A stretch of DNA of 63,157 nucleotides, counting the filler, from Octopus bimaculoides (Eukaryota), in NCBI RefSeq assembly GCF_001194135.2. It is 6 parts of 6 records of this genome, joined end to end, with 100 filler letters (N's around TTAATTAATTAA, not from the genome) between each part and the next. Parts side by side here need not be neighbours in the genome. Positions count along the whole stretch, not along the records: positions 23,611 to 32,948 come from NC_068994.1; positions 33,049 to 49,837 come from NC_068984.1; 4 more parts are not named here. The stretch is one strand, 5' to 3'. The stretch's first letter is position 1; the number at the start of each line of letters is the position of its first letter. The position numbers were made by a program, and so were the translations under genes. The notes under the pieces were generated by a model. It had not been told where the DNA came from and did not search any database. It saw only the letters and a list, made by a program, of their open reading frames with translations. Below, piece by piece: positions 24,690 to 38,251 of the stretch.

Positions 24690-25135
24690 GTTCTTACGTT
24701 ACTATGGTAGTGTGGTGACGCCCCATCTAGATGGGAATAAAACTCCACATATTCAAAGTTCTCTTGAATGTTTGGCACGACTAATTGTCGCAGAAATTTC
24801 GAGTATATGCCATCAATCATTGTACTGTAAGAAAAATGGTCCTGTTAATCCTTTTAACGATAAGCCATACCATACTGTAATTCCTGATAAATTAACATGA
24901 TGCTCCACCGTAATATGCTCATTCTTGGGTTTCCAGTAGGAGTGTAAGAATTTAAGGACCGAATCACTTGTCTGATTAGGGGTTTCTTCTCTGAAGACCA
25001 TCTGCTGTTCAGCTCTCTCATCACACAAAACAATCTTTGTTGGAAAGTGTGCATCTTCTACGCACCTTACAAGGTACCACTCGCAAAACCTCCACACTTC
25101 GGTCCGGATTATCATCACTGAAAGCATGGACTATT
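24690..25135 (-). mobile_element. Tc1/mariner-superfamily (Tc3/DUF4817-like) transposase remnant
   Basis: KIVLCDE, ITVWYGLSLKGLTGPFF and YSHLDGASPHYHSNVR resemble the FSDE, VWCG..IIGPFF and QQDGAPPH DDE motifs. Confidence 0.75.
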
Positions 25136-26240
25136 CTTGGAATGTAACTTTTCAACTCTCGAAGGCAATTCTTCAGCATGACCATTCTCCAATGATTGGA
25201 AGCAACGAAAGAATAAACAAACGCATGTTATTGGATAAGAAGCTGAAATAATAAACCAAACATAGCTAAAGGTTTTATGTTTGTTATTTCAAACAGATTT
25301 CTCAATACAATGCAAAAACAGGAAGATGTATGTATGTATGTATGTATGTATGAATATATGCATATATGTACATATATATGTACGTATATATANNNNNNNN
25401 NNNNNNNNNNNNNNNNNNNNNNNNNNNNNNNNNNNNNNNNNNNNNNNNNNNNNNNNNNNNNNNNNNNNNNNNNNNNNNNNNNNNNNNNNNNNNNNNNNNN
25501 NNNNNNNNNNNNNNNNNNNNNNNNNNNNNNNNNNNNNNNNNNNNNNNNNNNNNNNNNNNNNNNNNNNNNNNNNNNNNNNNNNNNNNNNNNNNNNNNNNNN
25601 NNNNNNNNNNNNNNNNNNNNNNNNNNNNNNNNNNNNNNNNNNNNNNNNNNNNNNNNNNNNNNNNNNNNNNNNNNNNNNNNNNNNNNNNNNNNNNNNNNNN
25701 NNNNNNNNNNNNNNNNNNNNNNNNNNNNNNNNNNNNNNNNNNNNNNNNNNNNNNNNNNNNNNNNNNNNNNNNNNNNNNNNNNNNATATATATATATATAA
25801 ATAAACACATGCATATACATTTACATTTGTAAATATGTATATATATATATATATTTACATATATATGTAAATGTGTGAGTGTATATAGATATGTATATGT
25901 ATACATATACATAGGTATACATGCATATATGTATTCATATGTGTATGCATGTATATATGTAAGTGTATATACATATATCTCGTTTTCCATCAATCAATTT
26001 ATCTGTGTGTAAATATATATATTTCTAAATATACATAAATATTTTTCTCATAATGACTTTGTCAGAGGAAGAAGGGCAGCAGCCATGACCTGACCATTTC
26101 CCTTGAGTTCTGAGATTGGTGGGAGACAAAGATGGCGTTCCTTCTAGACCAAAGATCTATTCTAACTGGTTGCAATAGAACCAGATCCGCTCAATGCACT
26201 AGAAGCACAGGTGGTGGTGTTAAACCAGGTGATGGATATA

Positions 26241-26539
26241 TCAGTCATCCCTTAAATAACGTCCGGATTTTAAGTAAGGAACAACAAATGAATCTTGCCT
26301 TCTAAAATATCATATTTTAACGTGTATAAGGAACCCTTTTTCGTCAAAATTAGGTTTAAAAAATTTGAGACTTTTTTTAATACATGGATAGTATTATAAT
26401 CCCTTGCAAAACCTTTTTTTTCCAAATTTTAAGCCCGAAAAGTTAAGGGGTTCCTTATACACGTCAAAATACGGTACTTGTTAAAGCGTTTACAAATTGA
26501 AACTATACAAGTTTAGATATTACTTATGGGATGACCTGA
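26241..26539. mobile_element. Mariner-derived MITE containing a nested MITE
   Basis: TIR TCAG(G)TCATCCC(T/A)TAA(A/G)TAA at both ends, flanked by TA. This resembles the TIR of the mariner at 1783-2785. Confidence 0.7.
26310..26474. mobile_element. 165-bp Tc2/pogo-like MITE
   Basis: TIR CCGTATTTTGACGTGTATAAGGAACCC (the left copy has 3 mismatches), with TA on both sides. Confidence 0.8.
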
Positions 26540-27189
26540 TAGAATACACATACATAGATACACTTATATACATGTATAGACATTCGTAGAATTTTCTCTG
26601 CGGGATGAAACTTTTTGGTCGTAGTGAAGCGTTGGACTTAATTTCCACGTTATCAAAATTTATCTCGAAACTCAAACAGAAGATCGTGAAATAAGACTTG
26701 AAAGTGAAAAGCATTTGTTTCATCAATCCTTATTCTCACTCTAACAATCGTAGCTAACTTTATACATCTGAGAGGCCAGAAATATCAATTTCTCACGCAT
26801 TTCTCTTCAACAATAATTTTGAACTGGTCTCTCCGTGCTTGTATAAACCGCCTAGAAATTCAAACTTTTCAAACCTTTTATCGTTCCTAACGGATATAAA
26901 CCAACTGAGAGTGATTTCGCCTCAACACTTTGTACAGTCATTGTCATGCACTGGTAACATTATCTAGAGTAGCTCATTTTTTTTTTATCAGCAACATTAT
27001 TACATCAACATCTCGAACTTGGGTAACAAGTTCGAGATGTCGATGGAATGATCCTAACGGTTATGGTATACGCTGATATTCTCTCGGAACAGTTATACGG
27101 TAAGTCCGAAATAATGGTATTAGTTAAAGCTGATCATCGTACGTAGAATCATAAGCTGAATGAGAAAAAGAAAGGTGTGCAGGTAGTGT

Positions 27190-28665
27190 TTTACAGCTGT
27201 TTCAAGAATAGATGCCGAGATGGTGCATTTCCTTGAAAGCAATCAGCAACCAACATTATAGCCGTATTCTATTTTATCATTGGAGAATGAGTGAGATAGG
27301 ACATTGAAACAGAGAATATAAGGCCAGAATAAGAAGATAAATAGAATAAGAGGAAGATAAATAGAAACTAACAAACAGGACGAGGGATAAATGTGCGGTT
27401 TAAGAGTTTAGAGGAAGATATGTAGAAAGAAGTGGTTAGTGCTGGTGTGGGTAGGAAAAAGGGATGCTAAGTGGGATGGTGTGAAGGAGACCGCGTGTAG
27501 AATAACAATGGCTTATGAGACAAATATATTAGAATTATCTGTTAGCTAGACTAGCCACAGGAGGCGTTATGTATTGAGAGGCCTTGAGATTCAGGGGTGG
27601 AGGGTGAAGTACAAGATAAACTATACATAACAATCTGTTGCTGTGAGGTATCTTGGTAAGTGCAATGTGTGTGGGAAGGAAAGAATTATGCTGAGTATAG
27701 GAGGTGAGAGGCCAAAGGAATGAGTGGTAATGTAAGTGTATGGTTATAAATCTGCTGAATATGATAGGATTGAAGTTTATAGGTTTATAATTTATAAGGT
27801 ACATAACGAGGGACAATGAGTGCGCTTTAGATGTATGCGTTTATTAATGGTTGCCAGAATAATGAATTTATTTATTGCAAGAATAAGAATCTCATATTCA
27901 AACATGAAAGTTTAATGAAAAATATGAATATGGTAAAATGTGGGTTTAGAAGTAGGATAGGAGTAAACAGTAAGTCTTAGAATTTGTGCGTTGACTAAGA
28001 ATATTGATAAGTGGTTGCTAGAAGATAATATTTCAATAAATCGTTGCTAAAATGCAGAGTGAAATAAGAAATTACAGAATGTGACTTTATACGAAGCTCG
28101 AGTTGGTGGTAAATTTAGAATAGGGAAAGTGGATAAAGATTTCAGAGAAGGATGTAGAAGGATAACCATAGTGAAAGATGACGAATAATGTGATGCACTA
28201 CGGATTAATTATAAATATAATGCACTTATAGTTTATGTGGGTGAAAACTATATGGAAAGATTCAAAGTACGGCATTTAGTTTTGTGATAAAATGGGAACG
28301 TTTTGAAGAAGCTGTGGACACAAGTGGTAAATACTTCGTTTTATCTGTTCGGTAATTGTAGTGGATTATGCAATAGGGTTTGTATAGACTATTCTAAGTA
28401 TAAAAAACACGGTTTCTGGTCTCCTTGGTATGGCACTTCAGTATCGATGATAGACCAAGAAATATTATATGGTACATTATTTTTCGGTTGAGTATGTGGT
28501 TAGCTAGTGAGGTAGATTTGTTGTGTTTAGCAGATTTAAAAGGGCTTAGTTGGGCTATGTTTAAAATTTACGGTAGCACTGGTATATATCTTGATAAAGT
28601 TTTGTTGTTTGTTAAGGGCAACATATTTATAAATAGCATTAAATCTGAGGAAGATGCCTTGTAAT
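27190..28665 (-). mobile_element. Probable decayed Penelope-like element
   Basis: Strong strand-compositional asymmetry and degraded ORF-like text on the minus strand. It ends in a decayed hammerhead-like tail ...GAAACAGCTGTA at about 27190-27250. Confidence 0.4.
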
Positions 28666-28689
28666 GGACAATTATTACGTATTTTACAG

Positions 28690-28899
28690 GTGCATGTTTC
28701 CCGCTGGACAAATGAGGACAGACAAAGGGATTAAGTCGATTGCATCGACCCCAGGGCATAACTGGCACTTAATTTATCGATCCCGAAAAGATGAAAGGCA
28801 AAGTTGACCTCGGCGGAATTTGAACTCAGAACGTAAAGACAGACGAAATACTGTTAAGCATTTCGCACGGCGTGCTAACGTTTCTGCCAGCTCGCCGCC
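28690..28899 (-). mobile_element. SINE family 2 copy
   Basis: Reverse complement of the family consensus. Further partial copies are at about 35530-35660 (-), 37770-37865 (+) and 44200-44395 (-). Confidence 0.85.
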
Positions 28900-29317
28900 C
28901 TGTTGTTATTTTCTGTTAACTTTTACTTGTTTCAATCATTAAACTGCGGCCATGCTGGGGCATCGCCTTAAAGAACTTTTAGTCCAATGAATCAACTTCA
29001 GTACCTTTTTTCTTTAAAGCCTGGTACTTATTCTATCGATCTCTTTGGTCAGTCACAGGCTATCGAAAGCTTTGGTTAGCCCGAGGTATCGAAGGGTTTG
29101 GCTGGCTCGAAGTACCGAAGGATTTGGTGGTCAGCCCAAAGCTATTGTAGAAGACACTTGCCCAAGCTGGTATGCAATGGAACTGTACCCGGAACCATGT
29201 GGTTGGGAAGCAAGCTTCTTACCACAAAGCCACGCATCATAAACTGTAATTTTTATGTATTTACATGACTCAGAAATGCAGTCATTTTTATGTACATTTA
29301 TTTCTGTAAACCACCAG

Positions 29318-29396
29318 GCTGTCATTATTATATGCTGTCATTATTATATGCTGTCATTATTATATGCTGTCATTATTATATGCTGTCATTATTATA
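29318..29396. repeat. Perfect 16-bp tandem repeat x5
   Basis: GCTGTCATTATTATAT. Confidence 0.95.
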
Positions 29397-29706
29397 CTAG
29401 GCTTTCTTTTCGATTTTCTTGCACTGTTTCGATCCACAGTGATCCACAGATTCTGCGTCACGTAATTAAGACGCTCCTGATATATGAGTTATCCTTCTTC
29501 TTATCTCTGTTATATCTCTTGTAACATCGTCATCATTCATTCATATCAAACACACATACACACACATATAAACTATGTTATCTATATAAAATACATATTT
29601 TATTTACATTAACACGTGTATGTGTGTTTGGAGAGAAAGAGAAAGAGAAAGAGANNNNNNNNNNNNNNNNNNNNNNNNNNNNNNNNNNNNNNNNNNNNNN
29701 NNNNNN

Positions 29707-29739
<33 letters not shown>

Positions 29740-30404
29740 ATGTATAGGCGTATATACATGTGTTTGTGTATGTGTAGCATAAGTATGTATGTTTGTGTGG
29801 AAATGCGCGTGAGTGCATGCACGTTTACATCTATATATTTGTAAAACTGAATATTTATTTATCTGAGAAAATTAAGAATGTTAAAACGTAGACGGTTTGG
29901 CTGTATTGGACAGAATCAGTTCCAAGCCACTCATGAAATCTAAACTAATATTTTCACTGATGAAGATTGAACGAAATTTCTAAAATGACGTTTCAAATAT
30001 GTTGGGTCGAGTGGCGTCGGTGGCGTCGGTGGTGTCGGCAGGGTATGTGGTAGTGGTGGTGGTGGTGGTGGTTGTGTACTGGGGATGGTATAGTAAGCGT
30101 GCCCTGGAGTGAAACAGTCTGTTATAACTTTGATGGCTATCAATGTTTTTGGCTTCTAGTTCTCAATTTCGAATGATAACTGTATGAAATGCAGTAAGAA
30201 AATGATTAAAATGGCGGTTTGCAATGTTGATAAATACGAATGGTAAACAACAACAACAACGGCGACGTCGACGATAAACAACAACGACAGCAACATAAAC
30301 ATTCGCTGTAATTGCTTCGTTTGACATATTTTGGAAGGAGACCAATATTTTTGATGGAAACCTCTAATAGTCAATTGAATTTTTGCTAGTATAATATGAT
30401 GTCT

Positions 30405-30705
30405 GACAGCGTTGGTGGATGTCGTGCTGTATAACGTGGCGAGATCAGTCCCTCTGCAGAACTTACAAGATGCTTGGCATCACAGGGTCCAGAAAGCAGA
30501 AGACCATCAGGTTGGTTGTGGAGGTAGCGGAGGCGAGAGCCCTGGAACGGGGTAGTGCTACCAGGGGTAATGCTAACAGAACGCATGCCGGGGCTTGATC
30601 AGTCCCAGTTGAGGATCAACCTGCTTTAAGAGTATCTGATGTTGAAAGGCTCGAAACACCTATTGACCCCCCCAAGAAACATCACTGATGATGCGTCCAG
30701 GGGGC
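30405..30705 (+). mobile_element. 3' end of a HERO/NeSL-like RLE non-LTR retrotransposon
   Basis: VGGCR / QSLCRTYKMLGITGSRKQKTIRLVVEVAE matches the EVGCRG..SL..LGI.G.....AI...AE end of the RLE domain. It is followed by a 3'UTR with CTGATGTTGAAAGGCTCGAAACACC...CATCACTGATGATG that I recall as HERO-like. Confidence 0.7.
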
Positions 30706-30996
30706 ACCACAGAATGATATGTGGGAAAAGAATTTGACCAATACTTTTGACGGCAGCCTCGAATGGTCAGTTGGAGCGTTGGTGATGCGATGCTCCATAA
30801 AATGGTGCATCTCTACGTGTGAAATGCAGGGGAAAATCAACTTCATAGCAAAGCACTGTGGAATGACTCGGGGGAGACTTGGAAGCCAGTTCTAACAGAT
30901 CGAACTCTCACAGAAAGGGACACCACTTTGCTCCCCACCTCTCTCTCTCCCTCTCTTTTGCAAAAACGTTCAGATTATCTTTTCGCTGAGCATGTA

Positions 30997-31293
30997 CGAG
31001 GGTGAGTTAGAAAGTAACGCAATTTTTATTTGTGTTACTTTCTGAATCACCCTCCTAAAAATACAAGGGGTGCTGAAAATTTCCTGGCTTTAAGGGTATC
31101 TAAAAGGGTATCGCGAATGTCGTGTCTGGAGGACCAGTCTTCCGAATTTTTTTTTACAGGGCTTAGAAAAACTGAAGGATTCTTGCAATAACTGTGTGAA
31201 TCTGAGAGGGGCACACGTTGAATAAAATCATAAGTAATTGATCCTCCTGTATTTTCTTTTACCCAAAGCCAGGAACTTTTCAGCATTCTCTCG
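30997..31293. mobile_element. Two adjacent mariner-type MITEs (59 bp and about 230 bp); a third starts at about 31364
   Basis: TA-CGAGGGTGAGTTAGAAAGTAAC...GTTACTTTCTGAATCACCCTCC-TA, and CAAGGGGTGCTGAAAATTTCCTGGCTTT...AAAGCCAGGAACTTTTCAGCATTCTCTCG. Confidence 0.75.
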
Positions 31294-32244
31294 TGTGTAT
31301 GTATGTATGTATGTATGTATGTATGTATGTATGTATGTATGTATGTATATATATATATATATACAGAAGGGGGTGCTNNNNNNNNNNNNNNNNNNNNNNN
31401 NNNNNNNNNNNNNNNNNNNNNNNNNNNNNNNNNNNNNNNNNNNNNNNNNNNNNNNNNNNNNNNNNNNNNNNNNNNNNNNNNNNNNNNNNNNNNNNNNNNN
31501 NNNNNNNNNNNNNNNNNNNNNNNNNNNNNNNNNNNNNNNNNNNNNNNNNNNNNNNNNNNNNNNNNNNNNNNNNNNNNNNNNNNNNNNNNNNNNNNNNNNN
31601 NNNNNNNNNNNNNNNNNNNNNNNNNNNNNNNNNNNNNNNNNNNNNNNNNNNNNNNNNNNNNNNNNNNNNNNNNNNNNNNNNNNNNNNNNNNNNNNNNNNN
31701 NNNNNNNNNNNNNNNNNNNNNNNNNNNNNNNNNNNNNNNNNNNNNNNNNNNNNNNNNNNNNNNNNNNNNNNNNNNNNNNNNNNNNNNNNNNNNNNNNNNN
31801 NNNNNNNNNNNNNNNNNNNNNNNNNNNNNNNNNNNNNNNNNNNNNNNNNNNNNNNNNNNNNNNNNNNNNNNNNNNNNNNNNNNNNNNNNNNNNNNNNNNN
31901 NNNNNNNNNNNNNNNNNNNNNNNNNNNNNNNNNNNNNNNNNNNNNNNNNNNNNNNNNNNNNNNNNNNNNNNNNNNNNNNNNNNNNNNNNNNNNNNNNNNN
32001 NNNNNNNNNNNNNNNNNNNNNNNNNNNNNNNNNNNNNNNNNNNNNNNNNNNNNNNNNNNNNNNNNNNNNNNNNNNNNNNNNNNTATATATATAATTTAAA
32101 GAAGAGAAAAACAAAATCAAAGCAGGCCAAGCTTATCAGTTCATTTAAATTAGCTTAATGGTGAAGCGAAGTAAGCAAAATAAAACAAAATATAATAGTG
32201 ATCTAAACTCTTCCTCTTTTCTCTCTTTCTCTCCCCTCTCTCCC

Positions 32245-32284
<40 letters not shown>

Positions 32285-32771
32285 GCATGTATGGGTAGAG
32301 GACGTCACCAACTGTGTAAACAACATGAAGTACGAAAACAAAGGAGTTAAATACGTAAACAACGAGAAAGAGAAAAATGCAAGACAGGACAAGTAAATAC
32401 AAAGAACGACCCTTCATCAGTTACTGGCTGTCTATCTACTCCTCATTTCGAGCATTCAACGACAATATGAATCTTGAAAGACAGTTGGTCCCATAAATTC
32501 TAAAATAAAATTTAGGATTTATGGAGGGTCAAAGTTGGGAACAAAAAACAGGACAGTTGAGACATACAAGGAAACCGAACGAAAACAAACATGTAGTGAA
32601 CGCTGGGGAAAATATTTTCTTTGAAAAGAGAAAGGATAGAAGCGAGAGCGAAAAAAGAAAAAGTAATATTAATATTTCTATTTTTGAAAACCAGTGGATG
32701 TATTCCACTGAATTTAGGTAAATAATCCTTCGTACAGACGGTCAGTAGCGACGCCTGCTGGGTTCGGCTGC

Positions 32772-32813
32772 TCTACATTGATAAGGGGAAATATCCCGAA
32801 ACTAGTCTGTAGA
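32772..32813 (+). ncRNA. Minimal hammerhead motif with a U3/A8 core
   Basis: TCTACA-TTGATAA-GGGG(AAATA)TCCC-GAAA-CTAG-TC-TGTAGA. Stem I is 6 bp, the palindrome is ACTAGT, and the cleavage triplet is GUC. Confidence 0.65.
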
Positions 32814-33048
32814 TGCCAGACCAGCAAGGGGAAGCGGCGGACCTCCCCTGTTCAAAGGCTATAATGGAGACAGGTTCGTGTGTCACGTAGCTAGCTAGAG
32901 GCGATGGCCTCTTGGAGCTAATGAACGGCAGCATTCGTCCTATTCTTTNNNNNNNNNNNNNNNNNNNNNNNNNNNNNNNNNNNNNNNNNNNNTTAATTAA
33001 TTAANNNNNNNNNNNNNNNNNNNNNNNNNNNNNNNNNNNNNNNNNNNN

Positions 33049-33081
<33 letters not shown>

Positions 33082-33303
33082 AATATATATATATATAAAA
33101 ATGTATGTATATATATGTATATATACATATATGCGTATACACACACGCACACACAAATATATGTGCGCAGGTGCGCATTGCTTGTGTTTATATTCTAATG
33201 TATGCATATGTAGCTTATATATCCTCATATCGATATGCGGAGCAGATCTCTGCGTCTGTGTGTGTCGTTGTGCATATGCTTGTATGCGAATGTTCGAACA
33301 TCG

Positions 33304-33350
<47 letters not shown>

Positions 33351-33758
33351 TGCATCTGCACTAATGTTCGCTGCTGTATTCGTATCATTTCCGTGTAATT
33401 GATGAATATGTAAAGACGGACAGCGTTTTGCTTGAGCCAGCGTCGAATCTATGGAAGCCTGAAGGCATTTTATTCACGACCGGCCCTCGCCAGCCGTGAT
33501 CACTGCAGCTCTCGAAACAATGTTAAAAGTAGGCTTGTATTCATATTTACCTACTTAGCTCTCGGTGCAAACATCATGTATGTTTGTGGTAAACACACCC
33601 TAAGACACACACGCGCGTATGTGGACATATATGCTTGTCTATGTATACAGATATACACACTAGAAATCCGTGCATATGTACATATGTACATATGTACATA
33701 TGTGACTGTGCGTGTATGTATGTATGTATGTGGGTGTGACTGCTTAAGTATGTATATT

Positions 33759-33823
<65 letters not shown>

Positions 33824-34689
33824 NNNNNNNNNNNNNNNNNNNNNNNNNNNNNNNNNNNNNNNNNNNNNNNNNNNNNNNNNNNNNNNNNNNNNNNNNNNNN
33901 NNNNNNNNNNNNNNNNNNNNNNNNNNNNNNNNNNNNNNNNNNNNNNNNNNNNNNNNNNNNNNNNNNNNNNNNNNNNNNNNNNNNNNNNNNNNNNNNNNNN
34001 NNNNNNNNNNNNNNNNNNNNNNNNNNNNNNNNNNNNNNNNNNNNNNNNNNNNNNNNNNNNNNNNNNNNNNNNNNNNNNNNNNNNNNNNNNNNNNNNNNNN
34101 NNNNNNNNNNNNNNNNNNNNNNNNNNNNNNNNNNNNNNNNNNNNNNNNNNNNNNNNNNNNNNNNNNNNNNNNNNNNNNNNNNNNNNNNNNNNNNNNNNNN
34201 NNNNNNNNNNNNNNNNNNNNNNNNNNNNNNNNNNNNNNNNNNNNNNNNNNNNNNNNNNNNNNNNNNNNNNNNNNNNNNNNNNNNNNNNNNNNNNNNNNNN
34301 NNNNNNNNNNNNNNNNNNNNNNNNNNNNNNNNNNNNNNNNNNNNNNNNNNNNNNNNNNNNNNNNNNNNNNNNNNNNNNNNNNNNNNNNNNNNNNNNNNNN
34401 NNNNNNNNNNNNNNNNNNNNNNNNNNNNNNNNNNNNNNNNNNNNNNNNNNNNNNNNNNNNNNNNNNNNNNNNNNNNNNNNNNNNNNTATATATATATATA
34501 TATATATACATACACACATACATACATACATACGTACATACATACACACATGCACACATACATACATACATACATACATACATACATGCATACATATGTA
34601 TATGTGTAATGTTTATATTCCTGCATGTATATTTCGCATAATACAAACAAGACACTCACACATGCTCTGATACACACAGCCACACACTG

Positions 34690-34750
<61 letters not shown>

Positions 34751-35361
34751 TAATAGCATTAAGAAAGCGGCAGATGATGGCTATAAGTCATGCTGTGCAT
34801 AAGTAAAACGGACAGTAATTCGCCGTATTTGCCGTATGTGGCATGAACCGACGTCAAAGATGGTGGTCAGTAAAAACTGCATATTACTGGCAGACACTCT
34901 AACTTTTCACGCCTCGTTCCCGAACTTTCTTCATGATAAATCCATCCTAGAAAATCTACTGACCGCTGGTCATAAAACACAATCAAAAGAAAGCAAGTTT
35001 TAGTGAAGAAATAAATAAATAAATATGTAAATGAATATGCGCTTGACTTAAAATGTTTTTCCTCCATTCTATCATCTTCCAGCGACATACAATTGAATTA
35101 TGTTGTACCAGCTTCGCCAGCAACAAACCTCTCTCCCCCACCGCGAACCCGCGACCCTCTTTTACCCCACTTCTTCTTCGTCTTCCAACGAATTAGCTGG
35201 ATACGAGTAAGCGAATCCGCTTCTCCTCAACCCCACCTCATCTCTAGATTATCTACTAAAACGATTTAGGACGAGAATTTTATTACAAAAATGCCTAGAT
35301 ATCGTTGGAGTCAGAATATTGATGAGCGTCATCCATTTATACAGGATTATCGCTGTTGTTG

Positions 35362-35413
<52 letters not shown>

Positions 35414-35986
35414 CAATAGCAGTAGTAGTAGTAGCAGTAGTATATACAATAGCAACCATAATGATGATACTCATATTAATTCAAATTATGATGATAGAGG
35501 AATAATCCTTTCTATTACAGGAACAAAGCCTGAAATTTTTTTGGGGAAGGTGGGGAGGGGCTTGTCGATTAATTCGAACCGCAGTACTCAACTGGTACTT
35601 ATTTTAATGACCCCCAAAAGGATGAGAGACAAAGTAACCTTAGCGGAAATTGAAGGCTGTAAACCATGACAATTATGTCAAGAAGGATCGCATTCGTTTG
35701 GCCTAATATAAGCAGGCAGCAACATGTGGCAAGATCCCATCAAACAGAAGATGGGACCGTGAAAATCTATAAAAGCTGTGCAATTCCATATGTGTGTGTG
35801 AGTTTGTACATATATATATATATATCCTTTTAGTTTGCTTAGGGCAAATGCCTCTGAATGCGCTCGTAAATTCTCCCATGATTCTTGTTGTCGGCTACCG
35901 CCCGTTATTCTCGTTTTCCAGAGCAATCTTAAGGGATGGTTATATATGCCAAACTCCGAACAACTTAGGATAACTATAATATATAT

Positions 35987-36049
<63 letters not shown>

Positions 36050-36547
36050 ACGGTAGCTAAATAGTTGAATGATCTCCCTTGCAAGAAAGATCATAGAGTA
36101 ACCTCCCTTTTCTAAGTTTCTCAAAACATCTGTGTCATGAGACGTGATTCTTAATTATTCAAGAAGCTTAATGCTTCTCTTGGAAGTTTCAAGAATGCCT
36201 AGCACTCCATTAATAAAAACAGCTTTCTAACCCAGCTCTTCGCTTCTTAGTCGATTAGATTTAGAGCCATTCAAGTCATTGCTATGTCTGTCTATTTCTC
36301 TACGCCACATAACTGAAAACAACCATTTAGCTGTTATTTCTACATTTTCTATCTCTGAACTTTCTTGCATTCAACTAGATTCTACATTTTGATTCTATGT
36401 ATCATCATCGACCAGTAAATAAAATATATCTTTATGTAAATATATAGATCTTGAATTTATTCTTTCATCTCTTTATGAACTATTGCTATAACATACACGC
36501 AGTCACATCAACACCTTGCATTGACTACATATTTCCACTACATAAAT

Positions 36548-36565
36548 TGGTGACCCCCACGTGAT
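36548..36565 (+). mobile_element. tRNA-Trp primer-binding site of an LTR retrotransposon remnant
   Basis: TGGTGACCCCCACGTGAT is 17/18 complementary to the 3' end of eukaryotic tRNA-Trp and follows a CA dinucleotide. A second degenerate copy is at about 36587. Confidence 0.5.
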
Positions 36566-36875
36566 ACAATCACGCAGCCTTCTGATTGGTGACCAACCGA
36601 CGTGGACTCCAAAATCTACTCTGCAGAATAATCACTAGCTAATTGGTTACTACCTGACATATTTAGTAATATTCTACTACTCTCCATGTTAAAATTTAGT
36701 GGAAATATATAGTCAGTACATATATAAGATATATAGCATAAATACAAAATATTAATACAAATGAACATGTGGTATGCAGAAACGTATGTTGCAATACGTT
36801 AATATAGTATAAAAATTTCCATCCACAAATCATTTTCGCTATTACTATATATCTATATATATATATTTATGTGTT

Positions 36876-36939
<64 letters not shown>

Positions 36940-37131
36940 TGTGTATGTGTGTATGAATACACATGCACACATGTGCGCGTGCGCTTATGCACACGTAATG
37001 AGTTTGGTAAACTACGCTTCATCACCAGTTGTGTTCGAATACTTTGTCTCTGAATTAGTAGCCAATACTATACACAAACAGTCATAAACATACACACGCA
37101 TGTCTTCATACACACACACACATACACACAA

Positions 37132-37228
<97 letters not shown>

Positions 37229-37661
37229 AGCATGTACTTCTATATATGTGTGCGTATGTGTCTGTGTGTGCATATATATATACATTATATATGTACATAC
37301 GTATAATATGTACGCAATTCTATGCATATATTTACATACATGTAGAAACATACACACACATACATATACACATACGTATGCAAATACATATACTTTTATA
37401 ACACATATATGATATCTGGCATAAAAGATAAACAGCAAGGTAAACATTTCCATAATTACTGACTAATAAAAGACTCAAAGACGACGGCATGAAATTAAAA
37501 ACACTCTGACTTTATGAAAAGACGTTTAACAAATTGATTCATAAAAGAGCTCTCATAAAACTGTTAATGTTTCATTTAGAGACGGATGCTAAATATAGCT
37601 GATGTCGCTAACAGTTTGTTTCCAGCTCTTAAAACCGATACATCCGTCTAGTGAAGAACAG

Positions 37662-37700
<39 letters not shown>

Positions 37701-37997
37701 GACATGCTTATATACATATAAGAGGGAGAGAAAGGTGGTGTGAGGAAGTGGGGAGTGAAAAGCGTAGAAGAGAAAACGTTGATGCATTGGTTTCGACTTT
37801 CTGCGTTCTGTGTTCAAATTTCTCCCAGTTCAACTTTGCTTTTTGTCCTTTTGGGGTCGGTAAGTAAAGCTAACGGTCATGTGGCAGGACGCTACCGTGG
37901 GCAGTTGACACATTCTCAACATTTCATTGAGTAAAGGTAAGGAGAGTCTAAAAGGCTCCCGTCTTACACTCATACAAACACACTCATCTATGTATAT

Positions 37998-38218
37998 ACG
38001 CTCTTTTACTCTTTTACTTGTTTCAGTCATTTGACTGCGGCCATGCTGGAGCACCGCCTTTTAGTCGAGCAAATCGACCCCAGGACTTATTCTTTGGAAG
38101 CCTAGTACTTATTCTATCGAACTCTTTTTTGCCGAACCGCTAATGTACGGGGACGTAAACACACCAGCATCGGATGTCAAGCGATGTTGGGGGGACAAAC
38201 ACAGACACACAAACACAC

Positions 38219-38250
<32 letters not shown>
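37998..38250 (-). mobile_element. SINE family 1, 3' half
   Basis: Reverse complement of the family tail. Confidence 0.9.
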
Positions 38251-38251
<1 letters not shown>

